Source: Yuukianura sp. NJ FZ-2021
Taxonomy: Eukaryota
DNA: 64,000 bases
Direction: 5' to 3'
Assembly: GCA_046563655.1 (NCBI GenBank)
Contig: CM102290.1
Span: forward strand, 9,300,001-9,364,000
Of this stretch, positions 37,201-55,800 are shown piece by piece. A model generated the notes under the pieces. That model saw nothing but the letters and a program-made list of their open reading frames with translations, made no database searches and was not told the DNA's origin. The translations under genes were made by a program, and so were the position numbers. Position 1 is the stretch's first letter. Every line of letters starts with the position of its first letter.

Positions 37201-40200
37201 GGGCGGTGGCGGTGGAATTGGATTCAATAAATAATTCCTCCCATTAAGATCCAAGTGTGAATTCTCCGCTTTTAAGCGTAAACCTATAGCCTTTCTCTTT
37301 CTTTCCAATTTTGTGCTTGAGAGGAAAACGATTTGAAGTGTAGGATCCAATTTTTTTGTCGAGGTCCCAAGAGCAGCTTCAAAGCGCTGCTCCGTCTATA
37401 GTAGTTATAAGGTTGAGGCCTATTTATGTGGAGCCGTTGTTCGGAAGACTTCTGTAGGGAGCTTCCATAGTCTCTTGTGGAGAAAGTAAAAAAAAGAAGA
37501 AGAAGAATAGGGTAGGCGGATGAGATTCAATTGGGGTTGAAGTTGGTCAATTGTCTCTGAATTGCCTTTCGTTCCGACTGGGAGGTTCTGATTCCTGGAA
37601 GTGATCCTCCTAACGTATCCCAAACGTACTAACGTCCTTTTGGTATAACGGAGTCTAACCATAGTAGTTTTCTTGGAACCTTATTTGGCTGAGGCACTTA
37701 TCTTCTTTGGGGAAAGCAGGCAGTTGTTGGCGATTAAAGAGAAAGGAAATCGGATTAGATGGAGAATGCCGTTTCCCATCTCACTCACTCAAATAATCAT
37801 TAAGGGGAGGGGGACTTTGTGGACTAAGGGCACTCTGTAGATATGCACCAAGGCCGTAAAGCGATATGATGTATACACTTGCTTTTTTGGAATTTTTATT
37901 TTTTGGCGGGGAGTAAACAATGGGAAGATGGGCATTGACAGATGACACCAAACTTTGCATTTTGAAAAGCCGAATGAACGTCAAGGCCTCCCTTCGTGCC
38001 TCTAATCTCTCGTCACCAACACTCTCTCTTGTGCATAAAGGAACGGAAACATCGGCAGCTCATCTCTACAGTCAATACCTTTGCAGAAATTCTATTCCGG
38101 GTGAATTCTGAAATTCTTTTTTGGAAAATGACCGAAGATATGGGAAGTTGCTTCAATACTTTCAATGTTTGAAAATTAACAGTTGATGTTGAATATCTAT
38201 TTAGTTAGTATTTTGTATTTGTATGAAACTAATAAACCTAACCTAAGGTATTTCGAATTATGGCCTTTTCATTTTAGGTTACTTCAATTTTGCCTAATTT
38301 TTTTTTACCATTTCACTGGCTACGAAAAAAAAATCGGCGAATTATATACTAATCATTTCAATTCCAACAAAAATGAAAAATTGTGCTTAGCAAGTTATAA
38401 ATCTTTACTAAATGTTTTCTTCAATTCTTTAAAATTTCTGACTTTCGGCCCAATTCGGTATACATGTAAAGCCTCAAAGTGAACCAATTAAGGTTGAAAT
38501 GTTCTCTAATTGTTAAGTGCACGTTGAAAGCAAACCGCTTTAGTACAGTTCCTTTATTGTTTCATGTCGTTGGAGCGGCAAAGGACAAGAAGTGGAGTTG
38601 ATCCTCCTGTGCCCTTGACAGGGGGACTTGAAGTGAGACGGAAGATGTGATTTGAAAGAGGCCGCATCCACTGTAATTAGTCCGTACATGCTCATTATGG
38701 TTTTACCGAACTAACGTATTCTTGTCACTGCCTTAAGTCCTCCTTGGAGGGACACTTTGACTGTGTAGGTTCCATTAGTTCTCTTTCTTCACTCAATGGC
38801 TTTTCCTAGGGTCCTTTTCAATGTCTTTGGTTCCGCTTGAATTGATTTCTCCTGAGAATTGGACTCCCTTCAAACTGTCGCTGTGTCAAAGCTGCGGCTT
38901 TGGTGAGCAAAACCTCCATTTTCCCTTGTTTAACTAATTGTTTCCTTCATTACTAATTCTCTACTTTTCAAAAATCAACAGGAATCTCCATTAGTGTTTT
39001 CCCGGGGGCTTCTAGTTGGTGCACATACAGAGCAAATTTTTAAAAACTACAAAACGAAACTGCACGACCTTTTTGGACAGTCATCGGGAAAGCTCAAACT
39101 TTTGAATTTTTAGTCCGGTTAACCTTCGGAAGTTTGTTAAAATTTTGAAACTTCGTATTTTGTGCTCACGTATGCTTCAGTATACTTGCTATTGAGTATG
39201 GAATTATACAAAAAGAGTACCCGAACAAAAGAGCCTTTGCACGGTGGTGAACCGGTGAAAGCAGGCCTTCCCCTGGCAGTTCGCTCTTTACTTTCTCCTT
39301 CAGCTCGGGTGAACCTTAATTTTCTGTGTCAGCGTAGTCTTCCCAAATATTTGCACAGGGCTCCCAAGGCTCCTGAATTCAACCTTTTAATTTAAAAGCT
39401 CCACTTGAAGTCAGCCCAGAGCTAAGAGCTCAGGGGAAATGGATTGCAGGGAACATGCCCCTCTTCACCAGCTACTGCCACGGTTTCATACTTACGAACC
39501 GCCGAAGCTCAAGCACTACTTCCGACTTCCAAACCCCCCTATACTTCTCAATGTACTGTAATTAAATTAAGGTTGTTTGGACAGAGGGTGAACTGCCTCC
39601 TGAGGAATCCAGTGCATTCAAGGTATCACTACCATCAATCTGTTGTCGCCTTCCGTCCATCTCTTGTGTTGGAGGAAGCACGAGCTACTGCCTTGGTTCC
39701 ACAAAATTTGAAAATCTTTGGCGCACAAACTCCCTGTATAAATAAAGACTTCATCTTTATTACCCGCCTTGATTTTTGAACGAAAAGTCAAGACGAATGA
39801 GGTTGACGATGGTTAACTTCCGGTTGCTCAACTTTTGCCTTCCCTTTGTGTCATCGACTCTACAAATTTAGTTGAAACGGTGTGAAAACTCCGAAGTGTC
39901 TGAAAACTTTGGAGGATTTTTGAAATGTTTTGACCAGGAAATCCGTGGCGACGGCGAAGCTTGGAGGGAGACGCGGGTAGTTCTGGGCATAAGGTCAAGT
40001 TGACAGAATCTCCTTGTCGCTCCCATGTTTTACAATGGGAAGAACAGTTGTGATCTTGTAAAGCGGAAGATCGATAGGGTAGGGACCAATTGAAATGAAT
40101 TGAGGCAGAAACTATAGTTAAGACCGGGTGAAAATAAAAGAAAACATCTTTTGCCAAGATGTTTTCTGGTGAACTGGGTTCCAAAAATGAAATTTTAAAA

Positions 40201-41687
40201 CAATCTCATCTCCCTTCCGCAACAGAGTTTGTTCTTGAAAAAGATTCAGTTAGTTGGATTTGCTAATTGGACATTTGCTGAAAAGAGTCCGACGGAAAAG
40301 TTTCCTTTGAAATTTTCAAGTTTGAAAGAGATCCTCCTTAAAATTTTCGACTAAAATGAATAGTTGAGCAGAAATAAGACTTTAACCTCAAAGATTTCGA
40401 GCCTTTTGGAAACAAAACTGGGGGCGGAGTGAAGCGGCAAAGTTTTTGAAAAGTTGTTCAAGGGGTGGGGGGTAAGGCTGAGGGTCCCATTACTTGCATT
40501 TATTAGGTCGTTACAGATGTAATGTAATCCCGGAGTCCCCATCCAAATCCCTTGAGTCCCATCCACACTCATATTCGAACATATTCAGGACAGGCCGAGA
40601 AACAAGGAAATGATACTCTATTTTTTCCTCATCTTTTTCCACTGCGTCTTTTTGAAATTGCAAATATTAAATATTCAGAGAAAGTATTAAAGAGTAACAG
40701 AGTTGAAACGTTGTGGAAAAGTCCTCTCTACTTACTTGCTTTCAACTACTACTAAACTTGTCCAGAGAGCACAACACTTCCCTAAGGTAAAGTATTTCCA
40801 AACCTTATTTTGAGGCCACAGACTATAGTTTGGAACAAGTATTTTGTTTTTTGAAAATGCTGCGCAGTTGAAAGCGGGATGTTTTAGTTTTTGAAACGCA
40901 AATTGGGGCATCCCTGACGACACCCCCACAAATTTATAGTCCCAGGGGGTCCTCATTTATTAATAGGCAATTCCTTCTATCTCCAAAACGAACAGAACTC
41001 TCCCTTATTCCTATCATCATCACTTCAGATAAGAGCCTCCCCCACGGGGTGATGTCACTCCGTCGTCATGGCAACTGAACTAACGCTTACCATCTCTCAC
41101 TGGGAAGAGCATCTTTAAGAAGACAGATCTGAATACGTACGTTTGGACTTTGGGTTTTGAATCTTCTATCCCCCGCACCCCGCTGTGATCATTGTGTCAA
41201 TACTAGCCGTTTGACACTGCTGTGAAGATTCAGGTGAGCAATTAGGAGGCGGTCATAATTAGAATCCTTCGTTCCGCACCAATTGTTCAAATTCATTCCA
41301 TTTGGAAAAAGGTTCCGTAAGAATTTAATGAGCAAAAATTTTCATCTTCTCGCGCTTCAGCAGTCTTCATAGTATTTACAAACTTTCTCCATTTTGAGTT
41401 CTGACGCCGCGTTCTTTCAAATTTGAAAATGAAATGAGAAAAAAAGTTTGGCGGTTCATAATGGGAGATATCCGACGATGGAATTGCTTTCTCCGCCTTT
41501 TCTCAAATTTCAAATTGTACGGTTTCAACCAATTTTTATTTTTCACAGAAACTGATTTTTTGGGACTCAAAATAAAGTTTGTCATTAACAGAGCAGGACA
41601 TTATATTTGTGAGCCGTTTTTCATCGTCGTCTTCAGCAGCAGCAGTGTTTGACCTTCCGTGACCTTGGCTTCGGCGGATCATGATCA

Positions 41688-46718
<5,031 letters not shown>

Positions 46719-49700
46719 GCTGCCCTTCTAAAATTGAACTGGTCACAAGTATTGGGAGTGGAGTTGACTTTGAGGTGGGTCGTGTCACTCTGATGGTCAC
46801 TTCTCAAAAGTGGCACGTTGTAGTATCCATGGAAATGATGTGGAAGGAAGTTTAGGTTGTTGTTGGGCCACAGCGTCGTGTGGTCCTTCCGTGTGCTTTG
46901 GAACCCGAAATCCGCCTAATAGCTCCTAGCTCCCTGCCTTCCTCTTCCAAAACCCTAATTTCCGTTTTTTTCGGATTTCACCCGGGTTCTATTTTTTGTT
47001 TCGGGAGATTCGGGGCGGGCCTTGAGTGATCCTCCTCCAACCGCTTCCAAGTGCATGCGTTCAAGGGGTCGACTTTTCATCCTTCTGGAGAGGCCTGAGT
47101 CTCGCCTAGCCAATGACCACCGACACTACTTGAAGTACCTGGCCACAGTGTCTCGGTGTCAAGCTCAGTGCCCCCAACATCCACATCAGTGAATGAGTGC
47201 AGTGAGCCAGGGGAGACAGTGTCACTGGAAGGTTAGGCGGCTCCAGCCATCCGGAACCCGAATTCCAACTTTGAATTGAGATGCAAATACCCATTGACCT
47301 CTAATTCGCGTAAAATTTAAGGAACGAGCGCCAAACGCATTCGGCCTTTCACTCGTTTCAACAGACTCAGTGAGGCGTGGAATGAAAGTCATTTCCAACG
47401 TAATGGAATCGGAGAAAGGAGGCGGATTATTCCCGCTTTACTAAATCGCTTCCATAATAGACTAAGGCACAACGACTTAAGCTGGAGGCGAGAGGCCACA
47501 CTTTTCTAGCTCTTCACTGACACTCCCTTCAATCTTCGTACCAATTACACACAATTACTTTTTTTACAATTTTCAAATTCAAACGCTACAGCTCTAAACG
47601 TAATTTTTTCTCCAAATCGTCTTAGGTTAACCAAAGGGACCAAGGAAAAGTCAATTTGTAAATTTTTTTTATATTTTCGGACAAACTGAAAAAAAAACCA
47701 TGCTCAAAGCGTTCTTAAATGACTTTCAAGATTGACTTCAAGATAGAACCATTTTGACTTAGAAAAGAAAAGTTACAAGTCTTTTTTGATAGATCAAAAT
47801 TTTTAGGAAATATTTTTTTGATTGAAATTGAGATTGAAATCTTTTGAGTCGTTATAATTGAAATTTACAAAAACCGCACCGCAAGTTTTAAAAAAGTTTG
47901 ATTTCATTCATTTCCAAAAGTATTTGTGTTTTGTTTTCTTTGCTCTTTTTGTTATTCTTATGTTGAGTTATGAAGATTAAAATGGAGATGACATGTGCCT
48001 AAAAACTACGAACAGGGATGAGGTCGCCAGTTAATTTTAGGTTTTGTGTTTAATTATGTGAGTTCAACTGAAGTAATTTTGTGTAACCCGAATGATTGAC
48101 AAGGAAAAAGAAAGTGAAGCATTTGTTTCTAATTAAAGTTCCCTCTCATTTGAAATTGTCTTCTTTCTTTCAAAATTTCTGCGTCTTCCTTCAGAATAAG
48201 TTGAGCTCAATTTCCAGAAAGTAAACCCTGTCAACTCGTGTCGCTTCAATTACTTTCCCGGGAGGAAATTAATTAGGAGTCAAGAGCGACACTTCAGTTT
48301 GTTCTGGTGGCGCGAAGAGATGATTTAGACAACATTTCAGTTCCAGCCAAAAACAACTCAAGGAATGACGACCATTTCCCCTGTAACTCCCTGGACTAAA
48401 TCTCATTTGGCCAAAAGAAGATGAAGTTTGAAGGAGTTCGCTTGAGCCTAACTGAGATTCTTAGCACTTCCAAAGATGATGAGAAAAAGTTATGCAAGGA
48501 CTCGAACATGTTCTAAAAGGAGTCATTTAGAACAAAACTTTTTTTAAAAAAGAAAAAAAAGGAAGGAACACACAGGGAAGAAAGAAGTTTCTTTCTCTAA
48601 AATTAGATATGCACAATTCAGAAGTTAATTTCCTGTGGAGTGGTGGAAATTAGGGGGATCCTTATTACATGCTTGAAATCCCAACAAATGTCTCCTACTT
48701 TACGACGATGGAGTTGTATATCTATGCGTTTCCATTTTCAAAAATTCCCTCTAAAAACTTTTTCTGTACCAATGCTAGTGGCTGAACTGTACACCCACGG
48801 CTTCGTTTCAGCTCTATTTCACGTTCTGGTGCTAAAAAAAAGTCTCTCCTATTCGTTAAAACTATGATGACTTGGGGTTCTCATCTTGACTGGCTAAGTT
48901 TTGTGCTGGGAGTGGGAGCAGTAGTCCCGAATGTCGTAATTAGGTTTTCTCTCTTCACACCTCCAAAGTGTCACCGGATCTTGTTCCATGCCAAATTGGA
49001 CAGACAAATTGGTTCTTGTAGTTTGGGAAATACAAACGATAATGGCTCCCAGAACGCTCCCTGCTCTCCAACAAACTAACTTTAGAAACAGAAGGAGTTT
49101 AACGCATTCCCCACTAATTATTTCCTCTCCTTTTACAAATTACAAAAATATCCTCGTGTATTTTAACACAAACAAAAAAGGAATAAGGCAGAGACCAGGA
49201 AAATTTCTTTTAAAAAAATTAAAAAGAAGAAAGACAAATGAAACTAACGTAAAAATACAATTTTCCAAATGAATTTTTGAAATGTTTTGTTTTCATAGCT
49301 TAACAATGGTTTCGAAATTTCAAAAAAGGAAGATACGATGAAAACAGGAATAGAAAGTGGTCGAAATGCAGAAGGGACCCACGAGACGATTCTTCTGCTG
49401 AAGTGTGAAATTGATCTGAAAATAAATGAGACCACACCGTTGAAAAGCGATGGTGGGGCTGGTGAGGCCGAGGCTTAGGTGAGTGCTTTCTTTTCACGGA
49501 GAAAGTTAGTCTCTCGCTCTTTGTACTTTAGGGCACCAGCGACATCTACCCAACACAACTTTCTTCTTCTCCCTGAAAATTTCTATTCTAAAAACATTTT
49601 TTTTTGTAAACGAGAGGTTTCGTTCAAATCAAAATCGTTTACTGAGCTTCGTCTGGAGCCACAATGATTACTCGTACAATATTTAAAAACAACGTCAGAT

Positions 49701-49731
49701 TGTACACTAAGATTAAAACGACTGGTTTACG

Positions 49732-50253
49732 TTATTGGTGGTTGTCATTATCTTGTGGCAGGTCATGGGAAAGAACATCAATGGCTTTCTTACTCATTAG
49801 TTGCGGGAAAATTGAATTTCGGGAAAGCGACGATGTCATTTTTTTGTCTGGAAACGTCCAGTCACCTACAGTTGTTTCAGATGATGTTTCCGGGGTGTCA
49901 GGAACTTGACCTCGTCCTTTTGGCATATCTTCGCTGCTTATGGAATGCAATTTTTTAATGTCTTTGTCATCTTTGGGGTCGCGGTCTTCATCACCTTGAG
50001 AACCAAGCAAAAACATCACGTAAACGGTTCTACATCCGCTATTTGAATTAAACTCTCAGGAAAATCTAAATTCAAACTTACTTTGACCGAATTTGGGTTC
50101 GGCGAGACTCACATTCGGATCTGCGGAACCGGAACTGGCCCATTGTTGTTCTACCGAAACGACTGCCTGAGACAACAGAAGTTGCTGAATCCCACTATCT
50201 GTTTTCAAAACATCCTCCAACACCGATGGCACTCGGATGATTGTTCTTTCCAT
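49732..50253 (-). CDS. Hypothetical ~144-aa low-complexity protein, no family recognised
   Basis: Two ORFs joined in phase 1 by a canonical intron (donor GTAAGT at 50081, acceptor after 49995): 50253-50082 + 49994-49732, MERTIIRVPSVLEDVLK...SDEDRDPKDDKDIKK...DNDNHQ. A further donor (GTAAGA) at 50475 suggests an upstream exon. Confidence 0.5.
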
Positions 50254-50679
50254 GTCAATCGCCCATGACTGGCACTGGGCACTTAGGTCTTGTCTATCCT
50301 GGAATTCACTGGAATTCACCAACTAATTCACCGTTTACTGGAGACTTTGATGTTTCGAAACTGGGAATTAATCTATAACGTTTGTTCAAAATTGTGAGCA
50401 ATATTCTGACGTTCACTATGATAGGTAGTACACGTAATAAAGACTAAACGCACAAAACTACAAGCGGTGTCTTACATGGACTTTCAAATGCATTGTTCCA
50501 CTTCCAGGGATCATAAAATGTTACGCTTAATTTATACAAGAACAGATTGCATAAGTTAGTGCAAAAATGAATTTGGCTGTAACAATGCAGTATGCTAAAA
50601 CTGTTTTACCTGACTTCAGAACAATGTTGTTTTTTCCATGTTCATAATTTGTGGTGTTTTTAGAAATGCGGAGCGGAGA

Positions 50680-50708
50680 TTTGGCGGGTTTTTCGCGAAA
50701 GGTTTGAA
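50680..50708. promoter_or_regulatory. E2F/CDE plus CHR-like motif cluster in a divergent promoter
   Basis: TTTGGCGGG, then TTTTCGCGAAA, then TTTGAA four bases after TCGCGA. It lies between the divergent orphan gene and FNTA. Confidence 0.5.
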
Positions 50709-50956
50709 TTGAGTGACTCAATAAAAATTGCCGATATCTGCCCTTTTCATTGTCATTTATTTCCTAAATGCTAAACTAAACTTCTTTTGTTTTTATAAAT
50801 TTGATAAAAAAATAACTTTCAATTTGAAGTCACCAAAGTCCGGATTTACACTAAGTTACGTAACAATTAACTCAAGCCTATTAACAGTAGTGTCATTGGG
50901 TCACACTAATAAGTTAACACCGTAAAGGTTCAACATTTCAGCAATCAGCTGAAGAA

Positions 50957-52560
50957 ATGGCGGAGTCATCAGGTAATGACAGAGAAAGCAACCCACAATT
51001 TGAATCTGCCGTTGCAGATGATGCCGGAAGTGAAGAAATCGATTACGACAACGACAATTACACATTGTACAAAGATCGACCAGAATGGAATGATGTCACT
51101 CCCATCAAGCAAACGGATGAGCCAAATCAAGTCTTAGTAATCGATTATACTCCAAGATGTAAGTGAATTGAATTTTACATGTTATGGCGTATAAGGTGTT
51201 ATTGTAAATTAATTTTTGTTTTGTTCTTTCATTTTAGTTGTGGATTGTTTCAATTACTTCCGCGCTGTAATGCTCAGTGGGGAAAAGAGTGAACGAGTTC
51301 TCGAGCTCACAATGGAAGCAATTTCGCTAAATGCGGCCAATTACACTGTTTGGCAGTATAGGTAATTGTCATTCCCTATCAGTCCTTACGCAACATGTTA
51401 AACGAAAACAATTAAACGCTGCTCATGCAATACATGTTGACTCTTTTGTACTTTACAGACGTGACGTTTTGCTTGCCCTCGGTGTTCCAAAGTTGATAAC
51501 AAGAGACGGGCTTTCCGCCGATTTTGAGAAAGAATTTCAATTTTCCCTGGAAGCCATCGAGGAAAACGAGAAAAATTATCAAGTGTGGCACCACCGAAAG
51601 ATTCTTACGCAGTGGGCTGCAGGATATAACCAAGAAACGAACACGATTCAATTGACATGTCCCGAGGCTATTAACCTTCTTACAAAACAAGAACTAAAGG
51701 TTACGTGGAGACTGCTTCGCAAAGATTCTAAGAACTATCACACATGGCAATATCGACAATGGATACTGAGCACTTTCAAGTACTTTTAAGTTTTTATTGG
51801 GATTTTATGGTCCGAATGTTGATGACTCACTCTAATCTATTCTGTTTTGTTCTGTGTTGATTTGTTAATTTATTATTTCTTAGATGTTTCGACGGGGAGC
51901 TCTCTCACGTTGAAGAATTGCTGTCAGAGGATGTTCGAAATAATTCGGCTTGGAATCAACGTTACTTTGTCGTCACGAACATGGGGAATATTACGCATGA
52001 AATCATTGAGCGAGAGCTTCAGTACACACAAACCAAAATTAAGGACGCTCCATGTAATGAAAGTCCGTGGAGCTACCTGTCTGGGCAAGTATCTATTGTA
52101 GCCCTATGACGTAGTATTACCTACTCTGTTAATTGTTATTGTAAGAATTTTAATCTTGCTTTTTGTCGTAAAAACAGAATTTGTCAATTGATGCCAGAGC
52201 TAATGACTGAACATGCAGTAACGTTTACAACAGTCTGTGAAAATTTAGTAGCGGAAAACGTGAGAACTACAAGTCCAGCAATGCTAAGTTTCCTATTGTC
52301 TGCATATGACAAATTCTTAGCCAATCATTCAGTTGAGAAGAACAAGATCTACCAGCGTTGTTTGGAGGTATCATATTTCGTAACAGTTAACAACACAACA
52401 AAGAGTCCTAGTTAAATAATTTCGTGTTGTATTTTGTGTCTAGATTTGTGATATACTGATTTCGACGGACAAGATTCGTACAGCGTATTGGGAATACATA
52501 AAAGCCAAGTTGGAATCAAAGAAGGAACAAACTGATAACAACTCCACAAACGCTTCATGA
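50957..52560 (+). CDS. FNTA: Protein farnesyltransferase/geranylgeranyltransferase type-1 subunit alpha
   Basis: Exons 50957-51158, 51238-51361, 51459-51779, 51884-52084, 52178-52367, 52444-52560. Motifs [17 protein letters not shown] repeats [56 protein letters not shown], and C-terminal [10 protein letters not shown]. Confidence 0.95.
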
Positions 52561-52893
52561 ACCCGAAACGATACTGTCACAGTGTCACATGATATTCAAA
52601 TATTGCCAGCCATGAATGCACTTGGTAACAGTGCGTGTCCAGTTAATTGCATTTTCTATTTTGCCAAAATATTTCAATGGAGTATGGTTTCTCCGGATTT
52701 TATTTTGCCAAAATATTTGTCCCAAACAGTCAAAAGTCTTGGTCCTTTGTCTCAATTAAATTGTATTTCCGATGAGTAAAGTAACAAAAGTCACCACCAC
52801 GGTTATTTCCGAACTGTTGTTTTTAAACGAAGCTTTTAATAGACTAGGATGTTGAAAGTTATTGCGAACTTTTTTTTTTACAATTTCGCTGTA

Positions 52894-55800
52894 TCAGACT
52901 TTTTGTCTAACAAACTTGTAAATCCAGTCAACAACGGCCGTGACATCAGTAAATGTACTTGACATTCCCTCCTGATCACAGTCCATCCCTTTATTAGGCC
53001 TTCCGTTTAGTAAGCCAGCCAAAATATACTCTCCCGTATTCGCCATTTCACACACCAACGGTGAGGCTTCATCTCCCTAAAAATCATATACAAAGTGCAT
53101 TCATTATACGTTCCAATATTTTTACAGTATTTGCGAATTTTCTGTCAGGATTCTCACGAGGCAAATGTTTTGCCGCCCTTCGGCAACTGCGCACAATCCA
53201 GAACGGCCTCGAGTTCCACCGTGCCCCTGCCGTCGCTCGCACTCCTGTTGCGATAGAACTGAAACGTCTGCCTGACGTAAAACGCTGGAAACGTTTCCTG
53301 AAATTATACTGAAATTGTATTGAAAATGACACATTTAATATTTGTATTTTTCCTCTAGAAACTGACCGTGTTGTTTGGAATACAACGAACCCCATCCCGT
53401 TACGATGCAGTTTCGGCCCTGAAAATTCGTAACTGGTTGCGGAAGGCAGATACGTCCAGCGTGATAGTCGAACTTCATGTGATCTCGAGTTAGGATCAGA
53501 GCAATGTTGGCATTGTATGTCGTTGGATTGAAGTTGGGATGCGGAATGATCAGGTCAACTCCAAGGTTTTGATGTGGCTTCTTCTCTGAAGTGGTTCCTC
53601 GGTCCCACTCACCCACACGGACCACAATTTCTTCATTTTGTAAGCTACGATTTCAAATACTTTCATAAAAACAGAACCCGATACAATCTTCCATACTTTT
53701 GTTTTAAACTTACCCATATAGGCATGAAGCACTCGTTGCGATGATTTTGGACGTGATGATGGCGCCACCGCAAACGGTTTTACGAGCTGTAATCCATGCT
53801 TGCCAAGGGATTTCACCAAACTCCGTATTTGGCGCTAGGGTTCTATGTCGCCGTATTCCACAAGCTTCGGATGTGGGTTCTGGAGTTGCAGAAGGAATAC
53901 TGGCATGAAACGGCCTCGTAGTCACTTGTGACATGTAGTCTTCACGGAGGTAGCAGCAAACGCCATCTACTGGCAAGTTTTCCTGGCGACACTATGGAAA
54001 AAAGAACAAGATCTTGTGTTGTGATTCCCAACTAATACTGCATTCCTTCTTTGATTAGTCATACTTTGAGCTTGGATGGACTGCGTTTGATACCGACTCG
54101 AATGTCAAACAAATCCGTATTCCCCTCGTTAGGGTTCGGTACTTGGCAGTAACTTTCACGGAGGCACTTCATCCTATTCGGACATTCTTCCACGAAACCT
54201 TTGCGTGGAGGCGTTCCCGCTCGAAATCCAAACGCTTCACCACTTGGACCTACACAAAGAAGTAATTTATGTTTACTGTTTATTCAACTAAACTCGTATG
54301 TTTCTAAATTACTAACTAATTAACACCATATGTATCAATCAACTGATTTTGCTGTCACGGATTCTTCATTTTAAGGTTGAAGTAAGCTTTAGGGTGAGTG
54401 TTTGTACCGTACCCACCATAAGGTACAATACTTTAGGATTTTTGAATTTCGGACGTGTGATTTGAATGGGTGGTGTACCCTTAAGCTTACTTCGACCATT
54501 TTCAGCACTCCAATTGATTCTATTGATTTTCATTTCATCCATATTATGCTTATGTTATAATTTTCATGTGCGTATAATGATTTTTAATAATCGCAACTCT
54601 TGAATTCTCTACTGAAAAGCGAGTGATTTAACTTATTGAAAGAGAGACAAGGAAGAGTAAGAATTTTATTATATTTTTGACGGGATTGACATCATGTAAG
54701 ATTAGTAAATTTTGGGTACGACAGTTTGTGTTGAAGGAGCAAGAAAATTGGTAACGTAAAGGTTGTAAGATATCTAAATGCTTTCAAGAATACTATCTGT
54801 TTTGTGTTTTTTTTAGAAAACTGGTAATCAAAAAAGTAAGATTGTTCTTCCTTCTTGTACCGGAGCTGGTAGATGCAGTCAACCGTCGTTTGGGATCCAT
54901 TGGTCAAGAGGAGATGATGGTCATTGGCGTTTGATTGCTTCAGTAACCGCTTCGGCACCCACCAGGTCCTGAACCTAATTACCAGCACCACCATCAACTT
55001 CCGCTCCACAATTGCAATTATTTGCACATTTGTAACTACCTACTCATGCAACAACTACTCAACTAAAGTCTACGGAACTACGGAAGCAGAGAAAATAAGC
55101 TCAAAGTTATATGTTACCTGGATCTGCCTTTCCTGAAGTGGCAGGAGGAAGTGGCTGGTTCTGCTGCGGAGATGTTTGCTGGTACTGCGGAGACGCTCGT
55201 TGATACTGTTGAGAAGGTTGCTGATACTGCGGAGACGGTTGCTGATACTGCGGAGAAGGTTGTTGATACTGCGGGGAAGGTTGCTGATACTGCGGAGCCT
55301 GTGGCTGATACTGCGGAACCTGTTGTTGAAATTGCGGAGCCTGTGGCTGATACTGTGGAGCCTGTTGCTGATACTGCGAAGGTTTTTGTTGAGACTGAGC
55401 CTGCGGCGTCAGTTTGTCACCAAACTGCGGCTGTGGCTGTTGGTACTGCGTAGGTTGCTCTGGACGGACTTGTGGGGGGCGCTGACGATGTACTTGGGGT
55501 GGATTGTTTGACGTTTGTGGTTGTGGCTGATACTGTCCATCCCCAGGAGCGACGACGCCTTTATCCTGTGGCTGACCATGGACGTCTGGACGGTATTGTC
55601 CGTCATCATATTGGACGTTCTTGCCCTGACGTTGAGCGTTAGCATATGTCTCGGGTCGATACTGCCCGTCGTCGTACTGAATTCCCTTTCCCTGTCGATC
55701 TCCATCGTCTTGTCCTCCGTTCATCATGGGCCATGGATCCTTGTAGTCTGGATCTCTGCAACACACTCCTACTTCACCAGTTGTTGGAGCAGAGCAAATC

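Noticed and set aside
54692..55040. Extra scarface exon or nested gene in the intron
   Set aside because: The flanking exons 55118 and 54249 already join in phase. The best acceptor leads to an early stop, and the other frames show no recognisable product.
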